Source of the DNA: Candidatus Pacearchaeota archaeon
GTDB taxonomy: Archaea > Nanobdellota > Nanobdellia > Pacearchaeales > GW2011-AR1
Direction of reading: 5' to 3'
DNA: 45,738 nucleotides
NCBI GenBank assembly: GCA_038885615.1
Contig: JAVZZP010000004.1
Coordinates: forward strand, 1-45,738
This document shows, one piece after another, positions 36,353 to 44,844 of this stretch. The notes under the pieces were generated by a model. The model worked only from the letters and a program-made list of their open reading frames with translations, did not search any database and was not told the origin of the DNA. The translations under genes and the position numbers were made by a program. Each line of letters opens with the position of its first letter. Positions within the stretch are counted from its first letter, which is position 1.

Positions 36353-37639
36353 TTATTTTTTCTTTTCTACAATTGACTTGCAAATTCCTGCTGCAACTGT
36401 AGCACCAGCATCTCTAATTGCGAATCTTGCCATGTAAGGATTTACATCTGCTGTTTCTAAAACAAGATTTCCTACTGGTTTTAGCTTAACTACAGCTACA
36501 TCTCCGTTCTTCAAGAAATCAGGATTTTGCTGTATTGGTTGTCCTGTTCGTGGATCAATCTTTGACACAAGCTCAACAAATTGGCATGGAACTTGCGCAG
36601 TATGCACGTGGAAAACAGGTGTGTAACCTTTTGCAATAACAGTTGGGTGATTTATTACAGTTATTGTAGCTGTAAATTCTTCAACTATTTTTGCAGGATT
36701 TGCTGCATCGCAAATAACGTCTCCTCTTGCAATGTCTTTTTTACCAATACCTCTAATGTTTACACCAACATTATCTCCTGCTTCTCCTTGTGGAAGTTGT
36801 TCATGATGCGCTTCTATTGTTTTGACTTCGCCTTCAACACCTTTTCCTGTTCTTCCAGGCAATATTATAACTTTTTGCCCAGGTTTCATTATACCTGAAA
36901 CAATCTTTCCAACAGGAACTGTTCCTATACCTGTAATTTCATATACATCTTGTATAGGCATTCTAAGTGGGAGATTTGTTGGTTTTTCTGGTGCAGGGAA
37001 TTTGTCTATTTGTTCTAGAACAGTTGGACCCTTATACCAAGGCATTTTATCTGATCTTTTTGCAATGTTATCGCCTTTTAATCCAGAAGCTGCAATGAAA
37101 ACAGTTGTATCTGGATTTATTCCAACTTTCTTTAACATTTCACCAACATCTTTTTTGACTTCATTATATTTTGCTTCATCATAGTTTACCATATCAATCT
37201 TGTTGATAATCACTGCAATATGCTTAACACCCATTGTTCTCATTAACCAAAGATGTTCTTTTGTTTGCTCTTGAACACCATGAGGAGCAGAAACCACTAA
37301 GAAAGCAGCATCTGCTTGAGATGTTCCAGTAATCATGTTCTTAACAAAATCTCTGTGTCCTGGAGCATCGATTATTGTAACTTCATAGTTTTGAGTTAAA
37401 ATCTTTTTGTAATTAAGATCTATTGTAACTCCTCTCTCTCTTTCCTCTTTGATAGTGTCCATAAAATAAGCAAACTCAAACCCTTGTTTTCCGTGTTTGG
37501 CAGCTTCTTCTTTAAGTTTTGCTAATTCTGCCTCAGAAAGAATTCCTGATTGATAAAAAAGTTGGCCAATTGTTGTTGATTTGCCTGCATCAACGTGACC
37601 AACGAACACTACATTTAAAATTGGTTTTTGTTTTGCCAT
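36353..37639 (-). CDS. tuf: Translation elongation factor EF-1 alpha
   Basis: GHVDAGKST, ERERGVTID, DAPGHRDFVKNMITG, NKID; AGGAG SD. Confidence 0.98.
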   Translation of the reverse strand: MAKQKPILNVVFVGHVDAGKSTTIGQLFYQSGILSEAELAKLKEEAAKHGKQGFEFAYFMDTIKEERERGVTIDLNYKKILTQNYEVTIIDAPGHRDFVKNMITGTSQADAAFLVVSAPHGVQEQTKEHLWLMRTMGVKHIAVIINKIDMVNYDEAKYNEVKKDVGEMLKKVGINPDTTVFIAASGLKGDNIAKRSDKMPWYKGPTVLEQIDKFPAPEKPTNLPLRMPIQDVYEITGIGTVPVGKIVSGIMKPGQKVIILPGRTGKGVEGEVKTIEAHHEQLPQGEAGDNVGVNIRGIGKKDIARGDVICDAANPAKIVEEFTATITVINHPTVIAKGYTPVFHVHTAQVPCQFVELVSKIDPRTGQPIQQNPDFLKNGDVAVVKLKPVGNLVLETADVNPYMARFAIRDAGATVAAGICKSIVEKKK

Positions 37640-37762
37640 TTTTTCTCCTAATTTAGTTAAAAGTTATGCCGAAAGGCACGATAAAAGAAAAAAAGGAAGA
37701 TTTAAAAAGATTACTATTCTTTAATAAAATTATAATAAATTATTATAAAATGTTATAAAAAT

Positions 37763-38002
37763 ATGGTTCAAAACATAATTAAACTTTCAGAAAGAGAAAA
37801 CAGAATTGTAAATATGACAAAAGCAAAATACGGAATGAAAAATAAAAATCAAGCGCTCGGTTTTATTATACAAACTTTTGCTAAAAATTTTATGCCAGAA
37901 GCGTTGGAACCTATTGAAAAACCTAAACGAAGTGAAGGAATAAAGCTCCAAAGTTTAGATGCTTTAAGAAAAGAATTAGAAGGAGAAAAAACAAATGGTT
38001 AA
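37763..38002 (+). CDS. DUF2683-like small protein (putative antitoxin/DNA-binding)
   Basis: MVQ.II.LSE.ENRIVN..KAKYG.KNK..A pattern. Confidence 0.65.
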   Translation: MVQNIIKLSERENRIVNMTKAKYGMKNKNQALGFIIQTFAKNFMPEALEPIEKPKRSEGIKLQSLDALRKELEGEKTNG

Positions 38003-38381
38003 GTTTAGAGAGTTTTTAACATCATCGGGAAAAAAAGTTTTAGGTGGAAAGAATGCCGAAAACAATGAGGAGTTAATTGCCCAGGTTTTGCCGAATGAAA
38101 TTGTTTTGCATACAAAAGAGCCAGGAAGCCCCTTCGTTAATATAAAAGAAGATTCAAAAAAAGTTTCAAAAAAAGACATAAAAGGGGCCGCAATTTTTTG
38201 CGCAGCTTACAGCAAGGATTGGAAAAAAAACAAAAAAGATGTCGTTGTGCATTATTTTTTAGGAAAAGACATTTATAAAGAGAAAGATATGAAAACAGGA
38301 ACTTTCGGAGTAAGAAAATTTAAAGAAATAAAAGTTAAGAAAGAAGATATTGAGAGGTTTTTTGGGAGTGTTGAAAAGTAA
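37995..38381 (+). CDS. NFACT-R (DUF814) RNA-binding domain protein
   Basis: FREF..SSG..VLGGKNAENNEEL, LHT..PGSPF, AAIFCAAYS..W, GTF. Confidence 0.85.
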   Translation: MVKFREFLTSSGKKVLGGKNAENNEELIAQVLPNEIVLHTKEPGSPFVNIKEDSKKVSKKDIKGAAIFCAAYSKDWKKNKKDVVVHYFLGKDIYKEKDMKTGTFGVRKFKEIKVKKEDIERFFGSVEK

Positions 38382-38383
38382 AA

Positions 38384-39520
38384 GTAATAGTTGTTATACG
38401 CAATTAAATTTTAGTGGCACTAATAGAAGAGAGACAATTTTAACGAGAAAAAAAAAACGACGAACGGGGGGAGGGGGCGACGAAACGAAAAAATTATAAA
38501 TACAAATAACACCTTACCTCGTATGAGAATAGATTCACACATTTTCCAAATAATTTTAATTGGAATTATATTTATTCCAATGTTTAATATTCTGAATTTT
38601 TCATCAGCTGTTGTTTTTTTGATATTTTTAGGTTTGTTTTGTGGGGCAATATTTCCAGATACTGATTGTAAAGAATCTCGAATATTCAAGATGAAACAAG
38701 ATAACCATAAAATAGGGTGGCAAAGCTCTTACAAAGAGTATAAATCAAAAAAAGATGCTCAAAATATGTATAATACTTTCTTATTCTTTTATTCATCGCT
38801 CTTGATAATTTTAGGAAATATATTCAGATACCTTCTGTATTATCCTTCTTATTATGCAGTTTTATTAATGAATAAAAAATGGATAAAAGAGGATTCTGTT
38901 CAAGATGAACATCGAGGAATTTCCCATACTTTGTTAGGAATTTTTATAGCAAGTATCTTCTTTTTTATTTTATTATTTCTTGGAAATCTTTATTTTAAAA
39001 CAACATCAACTAATTTATTGATTGTTCCAACACTATCATTTTTTATTGCAAGTAACTTACACTTACTTCAAGATTCAATAAGCAAATGGGGGGTAAAATG
39101 GTTTTACCCGTTCAACAAAAAAAGAGTTTATGGGGATTATAGTGCATTCAGCAACGATTCACGAATATTTATTTTTGTATTATTCCTAATTGGTTCTACA
39201 ATTTTGGTTTTCTTTCTGTCTAACTATCTTAAAAATAATCTTCCAAATCTCTTTTTTATAGGTAATATCCTACTGCCTATTGTTTTTGCAGGTTTGTCAT
39301 TTGGAATCTTGTTTAAAATGTGTAATGTAATGATTGAATCTTAACATCGCCCCCTCCTAACGAAAGACGAACGGACTAAAATTGTCCCTTGATACTTATT
39401 CTTGATGGCTCACTTTGTTCGTTTGATTGAACGACTGCCACTAAAATTTAACTCTTCGGTTTCCCTTTGGGACGTTGAACTAAACTTCATTCCTATCGGA
39501 AGCGTATAACAGCAATTTAC
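38384..39520. mobile_element. Candidate gene cassette/module bounded by four nested inverted-repeat pairs
   Basis: IR pairs 38392-38401/39502-39511, 38404-38419/39436-39451, 38433-38442/39377-39386 and 38470-38480/39347-39357; mobility is inferred. Confidence 0.6.
38523..39344 (+). CDS. Membrane metal-dependent hydrolase (YdjM/DUF457-like)
   Basis: N-terminal SH, FPDTD, HRGISHT, HLLQD..G..W.YP; several TM helices; TTATAAATA at 38494-38502. Confidence 0.82.
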   Translation: MRIDSHIFQIILIGIIFIPMFNILNFSSAVVFLIFLGLFCGAIFPDTDCKESRIFKMKQDNHKIGWQSSYKEYKSKKDAQNMYNTFLFFYSSLLIILGNIFRYLLYYPSYYAVLLMNKKWIKEDSVQDEHRGISHTLLGIFIASIFFFILLFLGNLYFKTTSTNLLIVPTLSFFIASNLHLLQDSISKWGVKWFYPFNKKRVYGDYSAFSNDSRIFIFVLFLIGSTILVFFLSNYLKNNLPNLFFIGNILLPIVFAGLSFGILFKMCNVMIES

Positions 39521-39626
39521 CAACTAGGGCACTACAAGTTTTAGCTTAGTACAAGATCTATAAAACAAACTACCTAATCTAATCTTAAACATCAATCTTT
39601 ATATACCTCATTCTCTACAAAAAACC

Positions 39627-39860
39627 ATGGAACAGATAAAAAAATTTCAGCTCGGTAAGAATGGAGTTAGTGAAAATTTTGTTGAACAAATAAAAAAATC
39701 TTTCGTTGATACAAAAAGAATAAAAATTTCTGTTTTAAGATCTTGTTGCAGAGATAGAGAGGAATTGAAAAAAATTGCAGAAAAAATAAAAAACAAACTC
39801 GGCGAGAATTTTGATTATAGAATTATCGGATTTACGATTGTGTTGATAAAATTGAAGTAA
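39627..39860 (+). CDS. YhbY/CRM-domain RNA-binding protein
   Basis: QLGKNGVS, IKISVLRS, IIGFTIVL. Confidence 0.82.
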   Translation: MEQIKKFQLGKNGVSENFVEQIKKSFVDTKRIKISVLRSCCRDREELKKIAEKIKNKLGENFDYRIIGFTIVLIKLK

Positions 39861-39895
39861 AAACCTTTAAAAATATTCTTTGATTTATAAAAATA

Positions 39896-40045
39896 CCCGC
39901 CATAGCTCAATGGTAGAGCACGCGGCTGTAGATAACTAGCGCAGACTTTCCCTCGGGAAAAGAGTGAAGCGCGATAAGGGCAGTTTCATTGAAATTGCTG
40001 TTCAACAGAACCCGCGGTACCCCAGTTCGATTCTGGGTGGCGGGA
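39896..40045 (+). tRNA. tRNA-Tyr(GUA) with 79-nt intron (39932-40010) at 37/38
   Basis: C1:G72 CCCGCCA/TGGCGGG, A73; CGCGG-CT GTA G..C-CCGCG; central helix CTGT/ACAG with AAC bulge. Confidence 0.93.
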
Positions 40046-40052
40046 TTTTTTA

Positions 40053-40748
40053 TTAAAAATTCTTCGGTAAGCTTTTTTCCCAAGGGTATTCTCCAAATAA
40101 CTGAAAATCTTTCTCTCTCACGAGCTTAAATCTTTCTTTTAATCTTTCAAAAGTTTCTTCTCTAACATGAACAAGGGCTTCGCCAACACAACTTTCTATT
40201 CTTGGGGAATAATCTGATTCGAAATCATCGTGGCCAAAACACTTCCATCTATCAATCTCTAAAAATCCTTGAGGAACAGAATAACTATCAACATTGTTTG
40301 GATTAAGAGGCATATTTGGCTGAACGCCTGTTGCTTTTGACTTAACATAAAAAATCATATCTATCGAAGGATTTTCATAAAAAACATAACTCCAATTTTG
40401 TCCTAGGGGCATCCAACTATTAAAAACAACATTTCTCCCTTTATACCATTTACTTGAAAAAGCATCTCCCCTGTAAGCTCTTAAATTTTGGAGAGGAGAA
40501 AAAACCCATTTTTGGTTAGGATTTAAATTCAAATCAATTGCCCTAACGTCAAGTCCTTCTAATGCAAAAAGATGAGAAGCTAAAAGTTTTCCGCAGCCAA
40601 CATCTATTATTCTCGGCTTATCTAAACAACGAGCATATTCACAAATTCTTTTTACCTCGGCTTTTCTAGGAATCCAAGAGCTTATCCTGCTAGGACCTAA
40701 AAAGTCTCTGATTGTTATGTCCTCTAATCTTTTATTCATTAGCCCCAT
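40053..40748 (-). CDS. Hypothetical SAM-methyltransferase-fold protein
   Basis: IIDVGCGK, RAID, GDA, NSWMP. Confidence 0.55.
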   Translation of the reverse strand: MGLMNKRLEDITIRDFLGPSRISSWIPRKAEVKRICEYARCLDKPRIIDVGCGKLLASHLFALEGLDVRAIDLNLNPNQKWVFSPLQNLRAYRGDAFSSKWYKGRNVVFNSWMPLGQNWSYVFYENPSIDMIFYVKSKATGVQPNMPLNPNNVDSYSVPQGFLEIDRWKCFGHDDFESDYSPRIESCVGEALVHVREETFERLKERFKLVREKDFQLFGEYPWEKSLPKNF

Positions 40749-40843
40749 AAATCATCTAGATAAGATTATTTTTTAAAGCTTTCTATTTTTACCACAAGAT
40801 AGTAGTTAAATAATTATTTTAAACAAATAAACTCTTCTTTTTT

Positions 40844-41365
40844 ATGAGAACATTTATATGCTTAGAAATTCCTGAAGAAATAAAAAAAATAGTAAAGAAA
40901 ATTCAAGAAAAATTGCCAGAATTCTCTGGAAAAAAAACAGAAGAAAAAAATCTTCATTTAACACTTAAATTTTTAGGAGAAATAGACGAGAAAACTCTAA
41001 AAAAAGTAAATGAAAAACTTTCTGAAGTCAAGTTTAAGAAATTTAATGCCAAACTTGGAGAAATCGGGGTTTTTGATAAAAATTTTATAAGAATAGTTTG
41101 GATAAAAATAGAAAATTGCGACGAACTCCAAAAAGAGATTGATGAAAAATTATCCGAATTATTTGAAAAAGAAAAGAGATTTATGTCTCATTTAACTATT
41201 GCCCGTATTAAATCAATAAAAAATAAAGAATATTTCCTAAATAGTATAGAAAAAATAGAAGTACCAAAAAAGGATTTTCTTGTTGAGAAATTTCATTTAA
41301 AGGAGTCTAATCTTACTAAAAAAGGTCCTATCTACAAAAATATAACAGATTATTCATTGGAATAG
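40844..41365 (+). CDS. thpR: RNA 2',3'-cyclic phosphodiesterase (2H family, LigT)
   Basis: MRTFI, HLTLKFLG, HLTIAR, GPIY. Confidence 0.92.
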   Translation: MRTFICLEIPEEIKKIVKKIQEKLPEFSGKKTEEKNLHLTLKFLGEIDEKTLKKVNEKLSEVKFKKFNAKLGEIGVFDKNFIRIVWIKIENCDELQKEIDEKLSELFEKEKRFMSHLTIARIKSIKNKEYFLNSIEKIEVPKKDFLVEKFHLKESNLTKKGPIYKNITDYSLE

Positions 41366-42096
41366 TTTAAGCTATCAAGAATTTCTTCCGCATTTAAAGC
41401 ATCTTTTATATTTATTAAGGGTTTTTCTGTTAGCAAAATGTCATCAAATCCAATTCTTGGACAAGCACTGTTAACCCAGCACTCTATAAAAGGAAAGTTT
41501 TCTAGTTCTTTTAAATCCAAAAAATCACAAACAAAAATAAAAACTTTCTTTGATTTTTTTTCAAGTTCTTTTTTAAGAGTCAAACATAAATCTAGATATT
41601 GCTGCCCAAATTTTGTTGATATAATGAGCCCAATTTTTTCTGACTTTAAATAAAATAAAATATTTCTTTTTAATCTCCTAAGGATGTTCTCTATTTCTTT
41701 TTTTCCAAGTATGAAAAAATCGTTTTTTAGAGGATTAAAAACAAAAATCTCCTTTCTAAAATTATTTTTTTGAGCCAACAACAAAGCTATTGGATGAAAA
41801 AATCCGTCGCCAATATAGAAAATATCTCCTTCTTCTTTAAATATTCCTTCTTCAAAGCTATCTTCATAGCAATCGCAACCTAAGATATGGCCGTTCCCTA
41901 TTGTTCTTTTAGCTTTAACTTTTTTAATTTTTATTCCTTTTTCATTAAGCTGTTTTTCGATTTTTTTAGTGTTGAACTGAACTGTTGAAAAAACAAAAAA
42001 AGATTTTACTTTTCTTTCCTGAATTTTTTTTAATGATTTTTCATCTAATAAAACTTCTCCTTCAAACTCGCACGGAACAAAAATTATTTTTACCAT
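41350..42096 (-). CDS. dph2: Diphthamide synthesis Dph2, C-terminal part
   Basis: STVQF, ILGCD, IGDGFFH, STKFGQ, SACPRI. Confidence 0.88.
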   Translation of the reverse strand: MVKIIFVPCEFEGEVLLDEKSLKKIQERKVKSFFVFSTVQFNTKKIEKQLNEKGIKIKKVKAKRTIGNGHILGCDCYEDSFEEGIFKEEGDIFYIGDGFFHPIALLLAQKNNFRKEIFVFNPLKNDFFILGKKEIENILRRLKRNILFYLKSEKIGLIISTKFGQQYLDLCLTLKKELEKKSKKVFIFVCDFLDLKELENFPFIECWVNSACPRIGFDDILLTEKPLINIKDALNAEEILDSLNYSNE

Positions 42097-42353
42097 TCTC
42101 TCTCTTTAAAATATCTTGCATGACCAAACTGAACTATAAGGTCTATGCCTAAAGATTTTATTTGAAAAGGAATATCGCAACCGCCAAAGCAATTTCCAAG
42201 CCATATAAAAATTTTTGATTTTGTTTTTTTTTCTAAAAAGTAAGAAATTTCCTCAGCTTTTTTCTTCAATCCGTCGGGTAATTGAATTAAAACTTTTTTT
42301 GCTTTTTGTTTAATTATTTTTTTAGATAAATTTTCCAAATCCAATTTGTACAT
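42090..42353 (-). CDS. dph2: Diphthamide synthesis Dph2, N-terminal part
   Basis: IQLPDGLK, CFGGCD, QFGH. Confidence 0.88.
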   Translation of the reverse strand: MYKLDLENLSKKIIKQKAKKVLIQLPDGLKKKAEEISYFLEKKTKSKIFIWLGNCFGGCDIPFQIKSLGIDLIVQFGHARYFKEREW

Positions 42354-42361
42354 AAAACTCC

Positions 42362-42949
42362 TTAGAAAATACTTTCTTCTGACAAATCTTTTTCTTTTAT
42401 TGACTTTATTGCCTTTTTAATATTCTCGTTAAGTTGCCTCATCGAATCTTCTAATTGCTCTTTGTTTTTTGTTCCTGTACAAACAAGTTTTCCATTACTG
42501 AATAAAAGGAATGTTGCAGGCGGATTAATTAACTTATAAACTAAACCCGGAAACTGCTCTGGTTCATATTCTGTATTTTCTAATTCCAAGGATAAAAGAT
42601 TAAGATTAAGGTCTAAGTTAAGCTCTCCTGAAGCCACAATGTTCTGAACAGTTATTTTTGGGACAATAGTAACTTTTACACCTATTTTTTTTAGTTGTTT
42701 TATCACCTGGTTTACAACCTCTTTTACTTGAGCAACCGACTTAACACCGGTGCAAACAAGCTTTCCCGAAGAAAAAACAAGAACTGCTGATTTTGGTTCT
42801 TTTATTCTTAAAACTAAGCCGGGAAATGTATCCGGATTGTATTCTGTATTTGGTTGCGTTTTTGCTAGTTTTGACAAAGAAATGTCTGTTTCAAGAGAAG
42901 TTGTGGCAACAATATTTTGAACAGATAGTTTTTTTGTTTCTTCTGCCAT
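42362..42949 (-). CDS. tbp: TATA-box binding protein
   Basis: Two repeats: QNIVA..EY.P..FPGLV..FSSG/FSNGKLVCTG. Confidence 0.97.
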   Translation of the reverse strand: MAEETKKLSVQNIVATTSLETDISLSKLAKTQPNTEYNPDTFPGLVLRIKEPKSAVLVFSSGKLVCTGVKSVAQVKEVVNQVIKQLKKIGVKVTIVPKITVQNIVASGELNLDLNLNLLSLELENTEYEPEQFPGLVYKLINPPATFLLFSNGKLVCTGTKNKEQLEDSMRQLNENIKKAIKSIKEKDLSEESIF

Positions 42950-42991
42950 CTAATATATAAGTTTAAAAACCATTTAAAAAGCTTTCCTTTA

Positions 42992-43064
42992 TAGCCCCAC
43001 CAGGATTCGAACCTGGGCCACAGGCTCCAAAGGCCTGTATCCTTGACCGCTAGACGATGGGGCT
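42992..43064 (-). tRNA. tRNA-Gln(UUG)
   Basis: A1:U72 AGCCCCA/TGGGGCT; CAGGC-CT TTG GA-GCCTG. Confidence 0.96.
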
Positions 43065-43100
43065 TTATTTTTTTTAATTAATAAAGATTTTTAAGTTTTC

Positions 43101-44096
43101 TTATTTCCACAAAACTTCAACCATATCAGTTCTTTTTTTAGGATTAAAATCAATTTTTTCAATTTCTTCTGGTTTATAAAAAATTCCTTTTTTAAACATT
43201 TTTAGACCAAGATAGGCGATCATCGCACCATTATCAAAGAGAAATTGCCTTTCTGGAACGAAAAGCTTGCAACCTCTCTCTTCACACATTATTCTGCACA
43301 TTTCTTGCAAGCGAGAATTACAAGCAACACCGCCACCAAGCAAAAGCTCTTTTTTTCCTAAATGTGCTATAGCCCTTTCACTTGCCTCAACTAACATAGC
43401 AAAAGCAGTTTCTTGCATCGAAAAAGCCAAATCTTCTGGATTTTCCCCTTTGTTTTTTAGTTGGATCAACTTTGTTAGTATTCCAGAAAAAGAAACATCC
43501 ATACCTTTTATAGAATAAGGAAGTTCGATGTATTTCTTTCCTTCTTTTGCTAACTCTTCTATTTTTGGACCACCTGGAAAACCGATACCGATTTCTCTTG
43601 CAAAGCAATCTAAAAAATTTCCTATTCCCAAATCAAGTGTTTCTCCAAAAATTCTGTATTTTTTTCCTTCATAAGCTATAATTTGCGTGTTTGCTCCAGA
43701 AGCGTAAAGCAAGACAGGATCTTTAGCCCCACTTATTTCACCTATTTCTAGATGAGCAATGCAATGATTTACTCCGATAACAGGAATTTTTAGTTCGCTA
43801 GCAATTTGTTTGACAAACCTTGTGCCAACAGAAAGACAAGGGGCTAATCCTGGAGAATCAGAAAAAGCAATTGCAATAATATCTTTTTTTTCTACCTTGG
43901 AATCTTTTAATGCTCTATCAAATAAATCGTAAGAAATTTTTTTATGATGTTCGGCTGCCTCACTAGGGACTATTCCACCAGTTTTTGTAGTAAAAACATC
44001 TTTCATATTGGAAACAATATTAAAACTCTCGTCGATAATACCAATTCCAAAAGTGTGCGCAGTTGATTCTATGCCAATAAGATAGTTTTTACCCAT
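43101..44096 (-). CDS. kae1: tRNA N6-threonylcarbamoyltransferase Kae1/TsaD
   Basis: GIESTAHT, NHCIAHLE, SGANTQ, GFPGGP, GGVACN, DNGAMIA. Confidence 0.95.
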   Translation of the reverse strand: MGKNYLIGIESTAHTFGIGIIDESFNIVSNMKDVFTTKTGGIVPSEAAEHHKKISYDLFDRALKDSKVEKKDIIAIAFSDSPGLAPCLSVGTRFVKQIASELKIPVIGVNHCIAHLEIGEISGAKDPVLLYASGANTQIIAYEGKKYRIFGETLDLGIGNFLDCFAREIGIGFPGGPKIEELAKEGKKYIELPYSIKGMDVSFSGILTKLIQLKNKGENPEDLAFSMQETAFAMLVEASERAIAHLGKKELLLGGGVACNSRLQEMCRIMCEERGCKLFVPERQFLFDNGAMIAYLGLKMFKKGIFYKPEEIEKIDFNPKKRTDMVEVLWK

Positions 44097-44217
44097 GAAA
44101 AACAATCAAAAGAACAATATAAAAATTTTATCAAAAAATAAAAAAATTTTAGAATAGGCCCATCCCCCCTAAAGAACAGGCCTATTAAAAAAATATGAAA
44201 AAAAACAATTTAAAAAT

Positions 44218-44343
44218 TTATTTCTTTTTTTTCTTTTTTCCGCCTCTAGCCATTACTGCTTCGCAAACATTTCCTTTTGCGTCGACATAATATAAATGTC
44301 CTGGCTTTCTTTGAACGGCGTTCTTTAGAATTACTTTACCCAT
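44218..44343 (-). CDS. 41-aa basic small protein (absent from the ORF track)
   Basis: MGKVILKNAVQRKPGHLYYVDAKGNVCEAVMARGGKKKKKK; AAGGAGGT SD 4 nt before the ATG; upstream TTTAAATA. Confidence 0.8.
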   Translation of the reverse strand: MGKVILKNAVQRKPGHLYYVDAKGNVCEAVMARGGKKKKKK

Positions 44344-44457
44344 TTTTACCTCCTTTTATTTATTAATTAAAAATATAATAACAAGTATTTAAATCTTTCT
44401 TTTATCGTCGACTTAGTAAAAGAATAAATTTATAAACTAGAAAATTCTTTAAAGTTC

Positions 44458-44844
44458 ATGAGGAAAACCAAAAAAAGAGTTACTAAACGAAAAAAAACTC
44501 TTTCTTCTAAAAAAATCGAAGAACTTTTAGTAGAGAATTTTGTAGGATTACAAAAAGCAATGACAAATCTTTCTGTAAAGTTTGAGATGCTGGCTGATAA
44601 TATCTCAAAATTACTTGAAGTTCTTGAATTGTCAGCAAAGAGCTATTTAGAAAAAGAAAAAATAGAGGGTGGAGCAGAACTTGAAAAAAGAATAAACTTC
44701 TTAATAGAACAAAACAAAGCGATTGCAGAAGGTCTTCTTTTAATAGACGACACCTTAAGAAAACAACAAGAATTAACAAAAAAAGAAACTCAACAAGTAC
44801 AACCACAAAAAGTTTCTGCTAGACCTCTTCCGACAGAAGCATGA
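44458..44844 (+). CDS. Hypothetical coiled-coil protein
   Basis: Heptad-rich helical sequence; TTTATAAA about 21 nt upstream. Confidence 0.7.
   Translation: MRKTKKRVTKRKKTLSSKKIEELLVENFVGLQKAMTNLSVKFEMLADNISKLLEVLELSAKSYLEKEKIEGGAELEKRINFLIEQNKAIAEGLLLIDDTLRKQQELTKKETQQVQPQKVSARPLPTEA

Noticed and set aside
39502-39600. Complete canonical attC site
   Set aside because: An R''-like GTATAAC is present, but I could not find matching L' and R' boxes downstream, so it is reported only as attC/dif-like.
34437-39994. ATTGAAA motifs resembling CRISPR repeat ends
   Set aside because: Only two distant copies, both inside tRNA introns; no array or cas genes.
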